From positions 608,001 through 672,000 of the forward strand of contig CAWCYD010000003.1 in assembly GCA_963799775.1 (NCBI GenBank): DNA of 64,000 nt. Reading direction: 5' to 3'. The stretch comes from an uncultured archaeon (GTDB taxonomy: Archaea; Thermoproteota; Nitrososphaeria; Nitrososphaerales; Gagatemarchaeaceae). A model generated the notes under the pieces. That model was not told where the DNA came from. It ran no database searches and saw only the letters and a program-made list of their open reading frames with translations. How positions within the stretch are numbered: position 1 is the stretch's first letter; every line of letters starts with the position of its first letter. Of this stretch, positions 9,390-19,645 are shown piece after piece. Both the position numbers and the translations under genes were made by a program.

Positions 9390-10166
9390 CTAGCCTATTC
9401 TCGCGGTGGTCTCTACGACGAGCCCGTCGTTCTGCACGACGTGCCTGAACGTCTTCGACTTTGGTATGACCTTGCGAAGCTTCTCAATCTCGACTTCGCC
9501 CTCTGCCTGTGAGTATCCTTCCACGAACTTGAAGTTAAGGACCCCATCCACCAGGCTCTTCAGGAATATGACCTGCCTCTCGTCGTGGGCGCCCTGGAGC
9601 ATGAGGATGAAGTGGACTCCGCCATACTTGTGCACGGCGCTCACCCAGAACAGCATCAAGTCGTTGATCTCTTGCGGCGTGTACTGGTTCATCAAGTAAG
9701 AGATGTTCAGGATGCTCCACCTCTCGTCCTTTAGCTTGCTGAGGAAGTCTCTGGTCAGAGAGCCTAGCCCTGCGGACGAGAGGTTTAGGATCTGCTCGCT
9801 CGGGACCTGGGGCATCAAGCCGACTAGCGTCTGGAGAGAGGGTGGCAGGGGCCTGACGAACTGCAGGCTGCCGTCCTGGACGTAGCTCTGGAAGTTCCAG
9901 CCGTAGAGGTCGGTGTCCTGCTTGATGTCGGTGCTGGAGGTCTCCGCTGTGTAGTAGACGGCCCTGCCCTTCTTTGCAAGGTGACTGAAAATCGCCTGCT
10001 GTGCGAAGGTGGTGAAGTATGTCCCGGGTTGTCCGGTCAGGATGTAGACCGCATCCTCGGGCATCCCGCCTCCGGTGACGAACTCGAGACCTGGTATCCC
10101 GAGGTTTGACAGCTTTACCTGATATTCCGCCGAAACAGCGTCAGATCGCTGGCCACTGAAGGCCAT
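9390..10166 (-). CDS. KaiC/RAD55-like protein with degenerate P-loop (probably inactive)
   Basis: LGIPGLE..GGGMP..ILTGQPGTYFT lacks the GK, LVDGVLNF, IEKLR. Confidence 0.85.
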   Translation of the reverse strand: MAFSGQRSDAVSAEYQVKLSNLGIPGLEFVTGGGMPEDAVYILTGQPGTYFTTFAQQAIFSHLAKKGRAVYYTAETSSTDIKQDTDLYGWNFQSYVQDGSLQFVRPLPPSLQTLVGLMPQVPSEQILNLSSAGLGSLTRDFLSKLKDERWSILNISYLMNQYTPQEINDLMLFWVSAVHKYGGVHFILMLQGAHDERQVIFLKSLVDGVLNFKFVEGYSQAEGEVEIEKLRKVIPKSKTFRHVVQNDGLVVETTARIG

Positions 10167-10371
10167 TGGATTCTTCTAGAATGCTAGTCTGAGCGGTTCT
10201 ATTTATACTCTACTATAATTCTTTTCGTTTTGCAACAGATTATACCAATAAATTGCAGTGACCCGCACTTCCTTCGTCCCCTAAGAGTGGCAGTTTTTGG
10301 GCCGGCCATTTAAGCGCCCGCGCTTCCGGTAGATTGGTCAGCATAATGAACCTCAAAGAGCTTCCTTGGGC

Positions 10372-10540
10372 TCATCCGGGCGCGTCCTTAATGTCGTCGA
10401 TATCCACGGCGAAATGACCTCTGGCGCCGTAAGTGTGGGCGACGCTGACGATCTTCTTGCGCTTCAGGACGATCGCGGCTTTGGTGGTTATCTCCAACGC
10501 CTCCCCTTTGGTTATTCCGAGATCCCGCCTGATGCGAGAA
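10372..10540 (-). pseudogene. Degenerate AbrB antitoxin paralog of 8307-8525 with no toxin partner
   Basis: IRRDLGITKGEALEITTK.AIVLKRK...IDDIKDAPG matches the intact copy, N-terminus scrambled. Confidence 0.75.
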
Positions 10541-10675
10541 TTCCAAATAGCGCTCGTAACTTTACCCACCTTGGAATGGGCTATACACCTTCCCACGCGT
10601 CTTTGGAGAACCTTCTCCCGGAGTTGAGCACGGGCACGTGCAAAGCTTATTTAACATGCATAACATTGTTAAACA

Positions 10676-11065
10676 TTGAGAAGGATGAAAAAACAGGTTC
10701 TCATTAGGGGGGTCGACGAAAAGGTCTACCGACTAGCGAAGGCTGCCGCAGCCTCGGTTGGACTTTCAATGGGAGCCGCCGTAGAACAAGCCCTTGACGC
10801 TTGGGCAAAGGAGGTCGAGCGGTCCACTCTCGAGCGCGAACTCTCCGAGAATCTCAATTTCGTCAGGAGGGAGTGGGAGAACATCAAGATGCGACACCAA
10901 GGAGAATTCGCAGTTGTGGCCCAGGGGAAGCTGCAAGGGGCTTTTGGCTCCTACGATGAAGCCCGCAAGGTTTCTTCGAGGTTCAGGATTGCTTTGGCAT
11001 TCCCTGTCGAGGGGGATGCCCCGGAAAGGCGGGAGATCGAGTTCGGACCCGAGTTGGCTCTATAG
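10676..11065 (+). CDS. RHH-like + DUF5678-like protein
   Basis: KQVLIRGVDEKVYRLAKAAA (RHH/HicB-like) followed by ENLNFVRREWENIKMRHQGEFAVVAQGKL. Confidence 0.65.
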   Translation: MRRMKKQVLIRGVDEKVYRLAKAAAASVGLSMGAAVEQALDAWAKEVERSTLERELSENLNFVRREWENIKMRHQGEFAVVAQGKLQGAFGSYDEARKVSSRFRIALAFPVEGDAPERREIEFGPELAL

Positions 11066-11420
11066 CGAGAAACACGTTCCGCCCGCGCCCGTGCTGAGGG
11101 TCGAACTGCTCGACTCAACTATAGAATGCATAGTGGATTCGGGCTTTGCGGGCGGGATCCTCGTCCCGTTCTCGACGTTCGAGTCGCTCGGGTTCCTCTC
11201 GAATATGTCCAAGGAAGAGTTCAGCGCGGTGAGGCCCGACATGAGGAGCTTTCCGCTCTTCACATCAAGGGGCAGAGCGAAGATCGGTCCGATGGAGATC
11301 GATGTCGATGTGCATTCTTCGCCGGCGCTGAGTCGAAGTCTGGTCGGCAGGCAATTTCTCAAGAACCTCAGAGCCGAGCTGGATGGTCCCCGACGAACCC
11401 TCACGATCAGGAATCCCTAG
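11043..11420 (+). CDS. Clan AA (retropepsin-like) aspartic protease
   Basis: PPAPVL...CIVDSGFAGGILVP...SLVGRQFL...LDGP. Start codon unclear. Confidence 0.8.
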   Translation, partial: SDPSWLYSEKHVPPAPVLRVELLDSTIECIVDSGFAGGILVPFSTFESLGFLSNMSKEEFSAVRPDMRSFPLFTSRGRAKIGPMEIDVDVHSSPALSRSLVGRQFLKNLRAELDGPRRTLTIRNP

Positions 11421-12074
11421 GTGCATGCGTAAGAAGACAAAACGAAAATGCCTGCTCAGGAGATAGGTCACGAAAGCACATCACCTTACCGAGAGGGTCG
11501 GCGACAGAATCCTTACGACTTTGGGTGCCTCGGCGCTCGGAGTTGACAGTCTTCGTCACCAGTCGATGGTCAGGCAAACAGAAAGAGACAGGTCAGAATC
11601 CAAGTAGCCTCGCTTCGTGAGAGCAAGGGCATCCCAAGGGGAGGCGCCGAAGGCCTCAGAATTCATCGACAACGAAATCTAGTAGTCGACGGGAGCTCAC
11701 GACGACAACTCTTTGAGCTCCAATACGACCTTGAGAAAGAGGAGCTCCTCGAACAAGTTGTCTGGGTTCAACGTAGAAGCCTGAACCGCCCTTCTCGTCA
11801 GTGACTTCGCCAGCCTTTCAAGCAGCTCGGGAAGTTCTTCTCGCTCTTCGCCCAGGCTTCCTCATGCCCCTGACGGCCCGCTCGACCATCCCTTCGAAGA
11901 GTGCCTCATCTTGGAGAAGTTCGCGGAACTTCCTCTTGTCCTCCTCGGTAAGGGTCCCCCAATGTTTCGCATCTCGACCGTCCCAGAGCAATCCGAATGT
12001 CTCTAATAAACACCCATGAGGCTCCGTCGAGCAGCGCCAAGCCCTCCGAGTCCATCTACAACGAGTAAGCGGCG

Positions 12075-12536
12075 TTACTCCGTTCCGCTGTCCGGTGCGA
12101 CTAGTGCCCCGAGTCCTTTGGCCGCTATCTTGAGGAACCTCGTCGGGCTGACTACTCTGATGCCCTTGAACTTCCGCAGCTTGAGCAGGTGTTTGTCGCC
12201 AGAGACGATGTAGTCTGCCTTGCCGTCGTACGCGGTGTTTACCACGACGTCGTCCTCAGGGTCATCCTTGACCGCCCCGAAGCTCGAATTTACGTCGACG
12301 AGCTCAGCGACATCCCTTATCGCCGCCTCGAACTCCGAAACCTCACGCGTCCCATATCCGAACCTGCTTTGCACTTCTTCCCTGGTCATCACGTCCCTGA
12401 ACTCCTCGAGTAACCCGTCAGAGAGCACCAGGGTAACCTCGTCCAGCATGAGCACCAGCTCAAGGATGTCTGCGGGGTTGCCGCGCTTGGAGATGAACGC
12501 CGATACAAGGACGTTGGTGTCGAGGGTGACTCTCAT
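12075..12536 (-). CDS. PIN-family toxin (PIN_3-like)
   Basis: MRVTLDTNVLVSA...DDPEDD..V..A..GKADYIVSGDKHLL. Confidence 0.92.
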   Translation of the reverse strand: MRVTLDTNVLVSAFISKRGNPADILELVLMLDEVTLVLSDGLLEEFRDVMTREEVQSRFGYGTREVSEFEAAIRDVAELVDVNSSFGAVKDDPEDDVVVNTAYDGKADYIVSGDKHLLKLRKFKGIRVVSPTRFLKIAAKGLGALVAPDSGTE

Positions 12537-12799
12537 CCGCTCATCTTTCGAGCCGCCTGTATCAGGCCCTGGATCTCCTTCTCAGTGAAGCCCGATTTCT
12601 TCGCCTTGGCCCGGGCCTCTCCCAGCAGGCCCTTGAGGCGGAGCTTCTCCTGCGACAGCTCCAGCTTCCTGAGCACGATGGTGTCGCCCAAGCCCATGAC
12701 TATGAACCTCTCCCCTTCCTTGAGGTGCATGCTCCTTCTGAGCTCGGTGGGGATCACCACCTGCCCCCTCTCGGAGAGCCTAGTCATCTCAATCGTCAT
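12533..12799 (-). CDS. AbrB/MazE-family antitoxin
   Basis: TRLSERGQVVIPTELRRSMHLKEGE, 4-nt overlap with the PIN gene. Confidence 0.9.
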   Translation of the reverse strand: MTIEMTRLSERGQVVIPTELRRSMHLKEGERFIVMGLGDTIVLRKLELSQEKLRLKGLLGEARAKAKKSGFTEKEIQGLIQAARKMSG

Positions 12800-13065
12800 C
12801 TTATAGTCGCTAAATAAGACACATCTTATCGATATTTATGGGTTTATGCCACCTCAGCAGCGTCAGGAGATGGCCTCCTGCTCCCATGAAACCCATACCC
12901 CAGACACGGATATCCGGGCTCCCCGGGTCTTGGAGTCCGTCTCGTCGGTCGGCGGCCCAAGCGATAGGTCGATTATTCCAATGGAACCTGTGTTGGTCCA
13001 AATGGCGCAGCGGCCATCGGCCGGCACGCATCAGATGGATTCCTCAACTTCGTTGGCGGATGGTC

Positions 13066-13914
13066 TTAGTTTGCCGCGTGGTAGAGCTCGATCGCCCTGT
13101 GGGCCGCGGGCCCATCATGGGCCAGACCTGCATTGGTGATCTCCGTGCGGAGAACGTTCTTCACTCTCTGCCTGATCCCCCTCTCCGCCAGCCCCTCGAG
13201 ACCCAGGTAGGCGCCTGCCGCGCTGAACCTTTTCGCGCTCCAGGTGTGGATTGCCTCTCGGGTGACCTTCTCGACGCTCTTCGCCTCATAGCCCTCCATC
13301 ATGAGGTGCAACCTGGGGACGAACTTGTCCTCGTCGAACCTTGGATCGGTATACATCCTGAGGATCGTCTCCGCAAACATGGGCCTCGCCATTTCAAGGG
13401 CGCTCGGACCGCCTTTGGACAGGATGAGGTCGATCAGCCCCAAGCTTGCCTTCGCACGGGTGGGGTCGTCGACGTCCTTGGCGATCTCCTGCAGCAGGAG
13501 GTAGACACGGATCCTCATGTCTCCCGTCCACGCAGCGATCTCAAGCGAAAGACGGTTGATTATGGATGTGAAGCTATCTAGCAGTTCGACTCTCGACGAG
13601 TCCGGCTGCCTTGAGACGAGCTTGTGGAAAGCGACATCGAAGCTCTTCATCGCACTCTGCTGCGGTGCCTTGCTCTTTTGTTTCGCAGGAGTCTTCCTCT
13701 CCTTGGCAGATTGAGATCCTTCGGACGAGGTCTCGTTATCCTTCTTGCCCTGTCTTACTTGGGCCGTGACCACAGTTGCGGCGACAAGGCCGGCGCCACC
13801 GCCAAGCATCAGGGAGTTGTAGGGTTCTGGGACCATGTCCACCGAATAGGAGTACATTGAAGCGACGCCGAGGCCAGCCACCACCGCCTCCGCGATCCGG
13901 CCCAGTATTCTCAA
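13066..13914 (-). CDS. Membrane-anchored hypothetical protein with helical C-terminal domain
   Basis: Two N-terminal TM segments, charged linker, helix-rich body. Confidence 0.65.
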   Translation of the reverse strand: MRILGRIAEAVVAGLGVASMYSYSVDMVPEPYNSLMLGGGAGLVAATVVTAQVRQGKKDNETSSEGSQSAKERKTPAKQKSKAPQQSAMKSFDVAFHKLVSRQPDSSRVELLDSFTSIINRLSLEIAAWTGDMRIRVYLLLQEIAKDVDDPTRAKASLGLIDLILSKGGPSALEMARPMFAETILRMYTDPRFDEDKFVPRLHLMMEGYEAKSVEKVTREAIHTWSAKRFSAAGAYLGLEGLAERGIRQRVKNVLRTEITNAGLAHDGPAAHRAIELYHAAN

Positions 13915-14143
13915 AAGAAGCAGTGATATGAATCTCGAAATCAGATTTAACCAGCATGAAATTGGGCTCTATGTTAGATTTGCACTTGCGTCAGGCCGAG
14001 TAAGAGATTTTCTACGTGTATTCGCTGAATTAGGGCGATAATCGCAGAACAAGAAGAAATTTCATGAATCTAGCTCTATAGATTCTATATGAACTGGGCT
14101 TGGATGGAGAAATGAAAATGGGGGGGCAGCCAGCAGGAGGCGT

Positions 14144-14821
14144 TTAGCCTGTTCTGCCGGCTGTAATTGAGAACACCGCAGTTCCGCCCGTAGCAGTTAC
14201 GACCTTGACTGAGTTGCTCGTGCCCGATACTGACCCGCCTTGGATTCCAATGACCAACTGCGCTGTGCCTTGTGACGCTATGGTCAGGTTAGGAGTCTCG
14301 TCGCTTGCTGCGTTGCCCGTCGTGAAGCATGCATTAGCTGCGCACGTGCTGCTGCCCTCAGTACCGCATGCCGTGGCAATTCCGGATGCCGGGGCACTGG
14401 TCGTGTGGGTGACACTTTGGACGACTGGAGAGCTGGTTAGGATGGCATAACAGTTTTGTCCTGCTGTTGTTGGGACGAGGAAGTTCGCGGAGTACTTGCC
14501 TGTGGTAATGGCCCACGGGTTCAGCGCGACTCCGTTGTAGTAGACGGCGCTTATTGTGAGTGAGGAGCCTCCTGTATTCTCCATGTTTATGACGGCTACG
14601 ACGCCGTTTGTGGAACCTCCAGTTCCGTTGCCATTAAGACCCTGGAAGCTGTAGGCTTGCATTTGGAGTTGGGATGAGACTTGGCTTCCGCCTCCGCTGG
14701 TGAGTCCACCTGCGAGGCTGTTGACGTAGACGTAGACGATGATGCCTGCGGCTACTGCGATGGCGATGAGTAGGAGTGATGCGATGATGGGGGAAACTGC
14801 TCGTCTTCGTGTGAACTTCAT
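14144..14821 (-). CDS. Archaeal type IV pilin
   Basis: Class III signal peptide MKFTRRRA/VSPIIASLLLIAIAVAAG, C-terminal VKVVTATGG..AGRTG. Confidence 0.92.
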   Translation of the reverse strand: MKFTRRRAVSPIIASLLLIAIAVAAGIIVYVYVNSLAGGLTSGGGSQVSSQLQMQAYSFQGLNGNGTGGSTNGVVAVINMENTGGSSLTISAVYYNGVALNPWAITTGKYSANFLVPTTAGQNCYAILTSSPVVQSVTHTTSAPASGIATACGTEGSSTCAANACFTTGNAASDETPNLTIASQGTAQLVIGIQGGSVSGTSNSVKVVTATGGTAVFSITAGRTG

Positions 14822-14823
14822 GA

Positions 14824-15294
14824 CTAGCCTGTCCTCCCCGCGATCACTGAGAATGTGGATGTTCCTCCGGTCGATGTCTCTACCTTGATTGTGTGACTCG
14901 TTCCTGAATTGGGGGCAGTTACTAGGGAGTCTATGAATTTGAGGGTGAGAGTCTGGCCCACGGTGCAGCTCGCGTATGGCGGGTTCGCACCAGCACTGCA
15001 AGTTCCTGACACGGAATTTGCGGCGCCCTCAAGGCTGCCATCAATGAATACCGAGGTCACTGAGACAGACGTCGAACCGACATCCCTGACGGTGAAGGTA
15101 AGGCTCGTACCGGAGACGTAGTTGTAGGCGTCGAGTTGAAGCTGATCGGAGACCTGCGCGCCTCCTCCTTGTGTGAGGCCGCCTGCGAGGCTGTTGACAT
15201 AGACGTAGACGATGATGCCCGCCGCCACCGCTATCGCGATGAGGAGCAGGGTGGCTATGATTGGATCGACTGCTTTGCGTTGTGTTTTCATCAT
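14824..15294 (-). CDS. Archaeal type IV pilin
   Basis: RKA/VDPIIATLLLIAIAVAAG. Confidence 0.92.
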   Translation of the reverse strand: MMKTQRKAVDPIIATLLLIAIAVAAGIIVYVYVNSLAGGLTQGGGAQVSDQLQLDAYNYVSGTSLTFTVRDVGSTSVSVTSVFIDGSLEGAANSVSGTCSAGANPPYASCTVGQTLTLKFIDSLVTAPNSGTSHTIKVETSTGGTSTFSVIAGRTG

Positions 15295-15317
15295 TGGGCG
15301 AAGAGACCAGGCCAGTG

Positions 15318-15344
15318 TATATAATGCGGTTGAACAAGTTTTTC
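15318..15344 (-). promoter_or_regulatory. TATA box (TTATATA) with upstream palindromic operator
   Basis: TATA at 15318-15324, about 30 nt from the ATG. GAACAAGTTTTTC at 15332-15344, 7-nt spacer. Confidence 0.75.
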
Positions 15345-15560
15345 AAGAAAAATGCTCCACGAATCTGAAAGGATAGCCCGCGGTTCCTCGAACATTGCAA
15401 TTCTCAGAGGCCCCTTGCCGAAGTGACGTCTTTTAGCTTCATCAGGTGCCGAAATCCGGACCACTAGTCTATGTGAGAGCCTCTCATGATGGTCGAGGCT
15501 TTCGCACCGCCGCCGTTCGGGGCCCTACCCCTGTTCGGCATTTATTGAGAAGAGTTGAGA

Positions 15561-16148
15561 CTACCCTGAACGGCCCACGGTCACGCTGAACACGTACGTG
15601 GCACCCGTTGAACTAACGACTTTGACGGTGTGGGACGTTCCTGCCGTCAATGCGTTGGTGGCCACATTCACACCGATTTCGACCGCCCCTGTTCCTGTCG
15701 CACTTGCTCCACCAGCCGAATAGGTCGTTTGTGCAGAAGCAGCCGGTGCCGCAGCGCAATAGAACGTGGAGGCGGCGATTGTAATGACGCAATTGGCGCT
15801 CGTGGGAGCGTACACGTAAGCTGAAGCAAACGACGCCGCGCTTACCGATGTAGGTGGATTAGTCCCTGCAACGGGAACCAGTACTCCATCGAAGTAAACG
15901 CTGCTGATCGTAGTCGATGAGCTGCCTGAATTGACAAGGAAGACTTGCACGACCTGGTTTGACCCTACGTTGAAATTGTAGCCCTGCATCTGGAGCCTTT
16001 CGGTGGTCTGCTGTCCTCCTCCTGCCGTCAGGTTCGCAGCCAGACCATTCACAAACACGTAGACGATGATACTTGCCGCTACCGCGATTGCGATCAATAG
16101 TAATGTCGCTATGATCACTGAGACTCCTCTGCGCCTACTGAACTTCAT
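15561..16148 (-). CDS. Archaeal type IV pilin
   Basis: RRRG/VSVIIATLLLIAIAVAAS. Confidence 0.92.
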   Translation of the reverse strand: MKFSRRRGVSVIIATLLLIAIAVAASIIVYVFVNGLAANLTAGGGQQTTERLQMQGYNFNVGSNQVVQVFLVNSGSSSTTISSVYFDGVLVPVAGTNPPTSVSAASFASAYVYAPTSANCVITIAASTFYCAAAPAASAQTTYSAGGASATGTGAVEIGVNVATNALTAGTSHTVKVVSSTGATYVFSVTVGRSG

Positions 16149-16152
16149 CGTA

Positions 16153-16617
16153 CTACCCTGACCTCCCTGCAATTATTGCGAACGTGAAAGTACCCCCATC
16201 TGTGGTTACGACTCTGACTATATGTGACGTTCCAGAAGTCTGAGCCGAAACGGTCAATATTACAGCTTCGTACTGCCCTGCGGTGCAAGTTGCACCTCCG
16301 CAAGTCCCAGTCGAATAGTTGGGGACAGCCGTGCAGGTTAGCCCACTCGCTTGACAGAGGTTTCCATCGACGTAGATCTGGTTGATAGTTATCGACGTGC
16401 TGCCCACATTGCGAAGAACTATCGTCGGGTTGGCCGTAGAGTAGGTATAGGCGTCCATCGAGATTTGATCGGCCAGCTGCTGCCCGCCCTGTTGGGTGAG
16501 ATTGCCTGATATGCTATTTACGAAAACATAGACAATGATACCTGCCGCAACGGCTATTGCGATAAGAAGCAACGTCGCTATGATAGGTGAGACGGCTCTT
16601 CGTCTCGTGAATCGCAT
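16153..16617 (-). CDS. Archaeal type IV pilin
   Basis: RRRA/VSPIIATLLLIAIAVAAG. Confidence 0.92.
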   Translation of the reverse strand: MRFTRRRAVSPIIATLLLIAIAVAAGIIVYVFVNSISGNLTQQGGQQLADQISMDAYTYSTANPTIVLRNVGSTSITINQIYVDGNLCQASGLTCTAVPNYSTGTCGGATCTAGQYEAVILTVSAQTSGTSHIVRVVTTDGGTFTFAIIAGRSG

Positions 16618-16640
16618 ATTGCTTGAGGACCGTTCGACGA

Positions 16641-16667
16641 TATATAACGAGCCGGAACAACTTGTTC
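16641..16667 (-). promoter_or_regulatory. TATA box with perfect palindromic operator GAACAACTTGTTC
   Basis: TATA at 16641-16647, palindrome at 16655-16667, 7-nt spacer, ATG at 16617. Confidence 0.8.
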
Positions 16668-16701
16668 AGGTTTGGCCAATCCGAGATTGGAGGGGCTAGT
16701 C

Positions 16702-19537
16702 CTACCGCCGCTTCTTGTCCTTCTTGACTTCCAAAGCGAACAAGCTTAGGCCGACCCCGACTACAGACCCGGTGGTCACTGCGAAGGCAGCCTTCTGGTC
16801 CGCATCCCCGTTATTGCTGGAGACGTAGATTTCGAAGTTGCCAACGCTCGAGTGATGAGAGGAATCCGCCGCATATGTGCCTGTCACGGTGATCGGTCCA
16901 GTGGCCGACGGCGTGTACCTCATGTTGCATTGAATTTGCCCGTTGTTCTCACCATTGTCATGGGGCCCTCCTTGGTTGTTGCAATTCGAGTTGGAGATGG
17001 TGCCATGATCGGTCGTAGTCCAGGTCACCGTTCCGGTCAGGGGGCCTCCGTCACCGTCACTGACCGTGGCGTGGCAGTTGGTGCTCTGCCCCTGCTGAAG
17101 ATAGACCTGGTCACACGTCACCGACGTTCCCGTGTCGTGGTTGTTCGTGGTGCCGACGAACACCACCAGCGTTCCTGTGCTCGAGGAGTGGTATGGGTCG
17201 CCCGAATAGGTGGCGCTCAAGTCCTGCTCACCTGAGGATGAGGGAGTGAAGTCTGCCTGGCACTGAAGCTGCCCGTTGTTCTGCCACCCAGGCTGGTCAG
17301 GCCCGTTGCAGTCGATGTTGCTGAACGAGGCGCTCGGGCTCCAGGCGACCGTTCCTGAGGCTGAGCCTCCGTCTGCGGTGAACACGTCGTCGGTGCAATG
17401 CAGCTTTTGGTTCTGCTGAACACTGTTGCCCCCTCCGTCGCAGGTCAGCGAGGAAGACGTCGGGACCGCGGCCTGGCCTGACGTGGTCGTCGTTAAGGTT
17501 GACGTGACCAGTGTGGTCGAACTGATTGTCTGAGTCGCTGTCGTCGTCGTGGTTGCGGTCTGGGTGATTGTAGTCGTGGAGGTATGAGCGGATGAGACCG
17601 ATGAGGCGACAGACGATGACACTGCTGAGGAAACAGAGGACGAGACCGATGTCGACACTGAAGATGAGACGGACGTAGAAACTGTAGAGGATACCGTGTG
17701 CGACACAGAAGATGAAACTGCGGTCGAAACCGAAGAAGAGACCGCTGATGAGACTGACGTTGAGACCGAAGTTGACACCGAGGATGAGACTGACGACGAC
17801 ACGGACGATTGGATCGAGGGTTGGTAATTGAAATTCATGATTGTCGGGCCGGTGACGGTTCCCGAAGTTGTAGTATAGGTCTCACAAGTGGTCGACCCAC
17901 TTGTCAACGTACTCGGCACGCTCCAAGTTGCACCAGCATCAAGGTAGTAGGGAGTAGGCGTCGTCGTGAGAGGTGTGGAGTAAGCTTTCCCCAACTGGGT
18001 CGAAGTCAATGTTGGAGCTGGCGCGTTCGAACAGCCTGAAGACAGCGAATAGGACGCTGTGAACGAATACTCGTAGTATACGCTGTTAGTGTGTGGATCC
18101 GGGGAAGTTGTGCCAGTGGTGTAGGTCCACGTGGTGGAGCCGTCCGCGAAACGGTACTCGGTATAGGACGTGTCGGGCGGCACAGAGATGCTGAGAAGAC
18201 AACTCTGATCTACGTAGAAGTTGTGCTGAGCACCGTCCATCGCAACCGAAGAAGCCGTGGTATCGCATCCAGAGACGCTGGCGGAGGCCGGACTCGCGAA
18301 GTTCTTGTTGGAGATTGTGACCTGTTCCTGTATCGCGGGCAGGGTCGAGGCCGCGGAGAACATGATGGTGTACTCTGTGGGAGTCGTGGTCAGCCATACG
18401 GCCATCACCTCCCTCGAAGGGTTTGTCGAGGCGGCCAGGCTGGCGCCCACGATGTCTATGCCCGTTTCGCCGCTGGCTATCCGAGAGGCAGTGGAGAACG
18501 TCAAACCCCCGTTCGTTGACTGCTCGTAGTAAATACTAGTACCGCCTGTCGCGTAGAACAGGTCTAGAATGTTGTTGGGTTGATCTGCAGTGATCGAACA
18601 TGAGGTCCCCAGAGGAAGCGACAGTGCTGAGAGTCCCCCACGTTCCTCCTACATAGTTGTATACGACGAACCAAACCGAGCCGCCGTCCGAGGCGCAGTA
18701 CTGTATGTTGTCACCCAGAGCGACGGCGGTCGAGAACTGAGGCGCCACGGAGGTGCTCGCGGGGGCCGGAACCGATGCCCCTTTGTGCCAAGCTGAACCG
18801 TCGAATGTCTCCAAGTTTCCGGGGCTTGTGTCATCTCCGGAGAGAAGAGCCATCTTGCCCGCAGTCAGAGAAACAAGCTGCGGGATTGGAGACCCTGATG
18901 TATCAGTCACCTGCGCGGTTGGCCAGGATATCCAGACGCCGCCGACCTTCTCGAACACCTCGTTAAACGAAGTGCCCGACAGGCTCTGGGTTTGAACGGC
19001 CACCCACACGTTCCCGCTGCTGTCCAATGCAATTGTCGGTGCGTTCACCGTGAATCCAACCGTCTGAACTGAGGTCTCAGAATTCCAGGATATGCTTCCG
19101 TCTGAATTCAGTGTTCCAGAATTGAAGTAGAAATGCTGGTCACTGCCCGAGTCCATTCCCCCGGCATAATAGACCAGACCGCTCAAACAGTCGAAGGCGA
19201 TGTTGCTCTTATGGGTGGTCGGGGCGGGAATCGCTGAAACAGGAAACGCTCCGTTTGATATCCAGGTAACCCCATCAGTGCTGGACTTCCAAGCCCAGCT
19301 CGAGCTTGAGGTCTCGTAAAAGAAGGCCCAGTACCGCCCACTGCTTCCGCAAGTGAAACCATCGTACGAGTAGCCCAAGGCTTGCGCATTTCCCGTGGTC
19401 CCAACGGTGCTTGTGGCTATCGCTTGCCCCCGAGCAGGAAACAAATCGAGGATCGGCAGCGTGGTTGCCGCTGAAAGCAAGAATAACAGCAGGATTTTAG
19501 ACCAAGACTTGTAGAATTTGCGCGAATTCTGCTTCAT
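16702..19537 (-). CDS. Large secreted, C-terminally anchored surface protein (propeller-like region, Ser/Thr linker, Cys-Ig-like repeats); one frameshift near 18607
   Basis: Signal peptide, Asp-box-like SSTDGVTW and STNGGLTF. The two ORFs join in a GGGG run (SGTSCSITADQPNNILDLFYATGG...). C-terminal TM plus KKDKKRR. Confidence 0.8.
17585..17810 (-). repeat. Degenerate 12-nt tandem repeat encoding (VSSS/VSTS)n linker
   Basis: SSVSSSVSSSVSTSVSTSVSSAVSSSVSTAVSSS... in the translation. Confidence 0.85.
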
Positions 19538-19645
19538 GATAAGCGCTATGGATTTGAAATCTATGATTCTCTTATGTAGGCATTTTGGCCGAATTCCAGA
19601 ATTTGGAATAAACCAAGTATTTTCGCATGAAAGTTAGGCAATTTC

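Noticed and set aside
11751-11763. GAACAAGTTGTCT, near match to the pilus operator
   Set aside because: No TATA box at the 7-nt spacing and no clear downstream gene.
11420-12070. Possible ncRNA or small genes in a 650-nt gap
   Set aside because: Only short ORFs without recognisable motifs and no convincing structure. Probably decayed accessory DNA.
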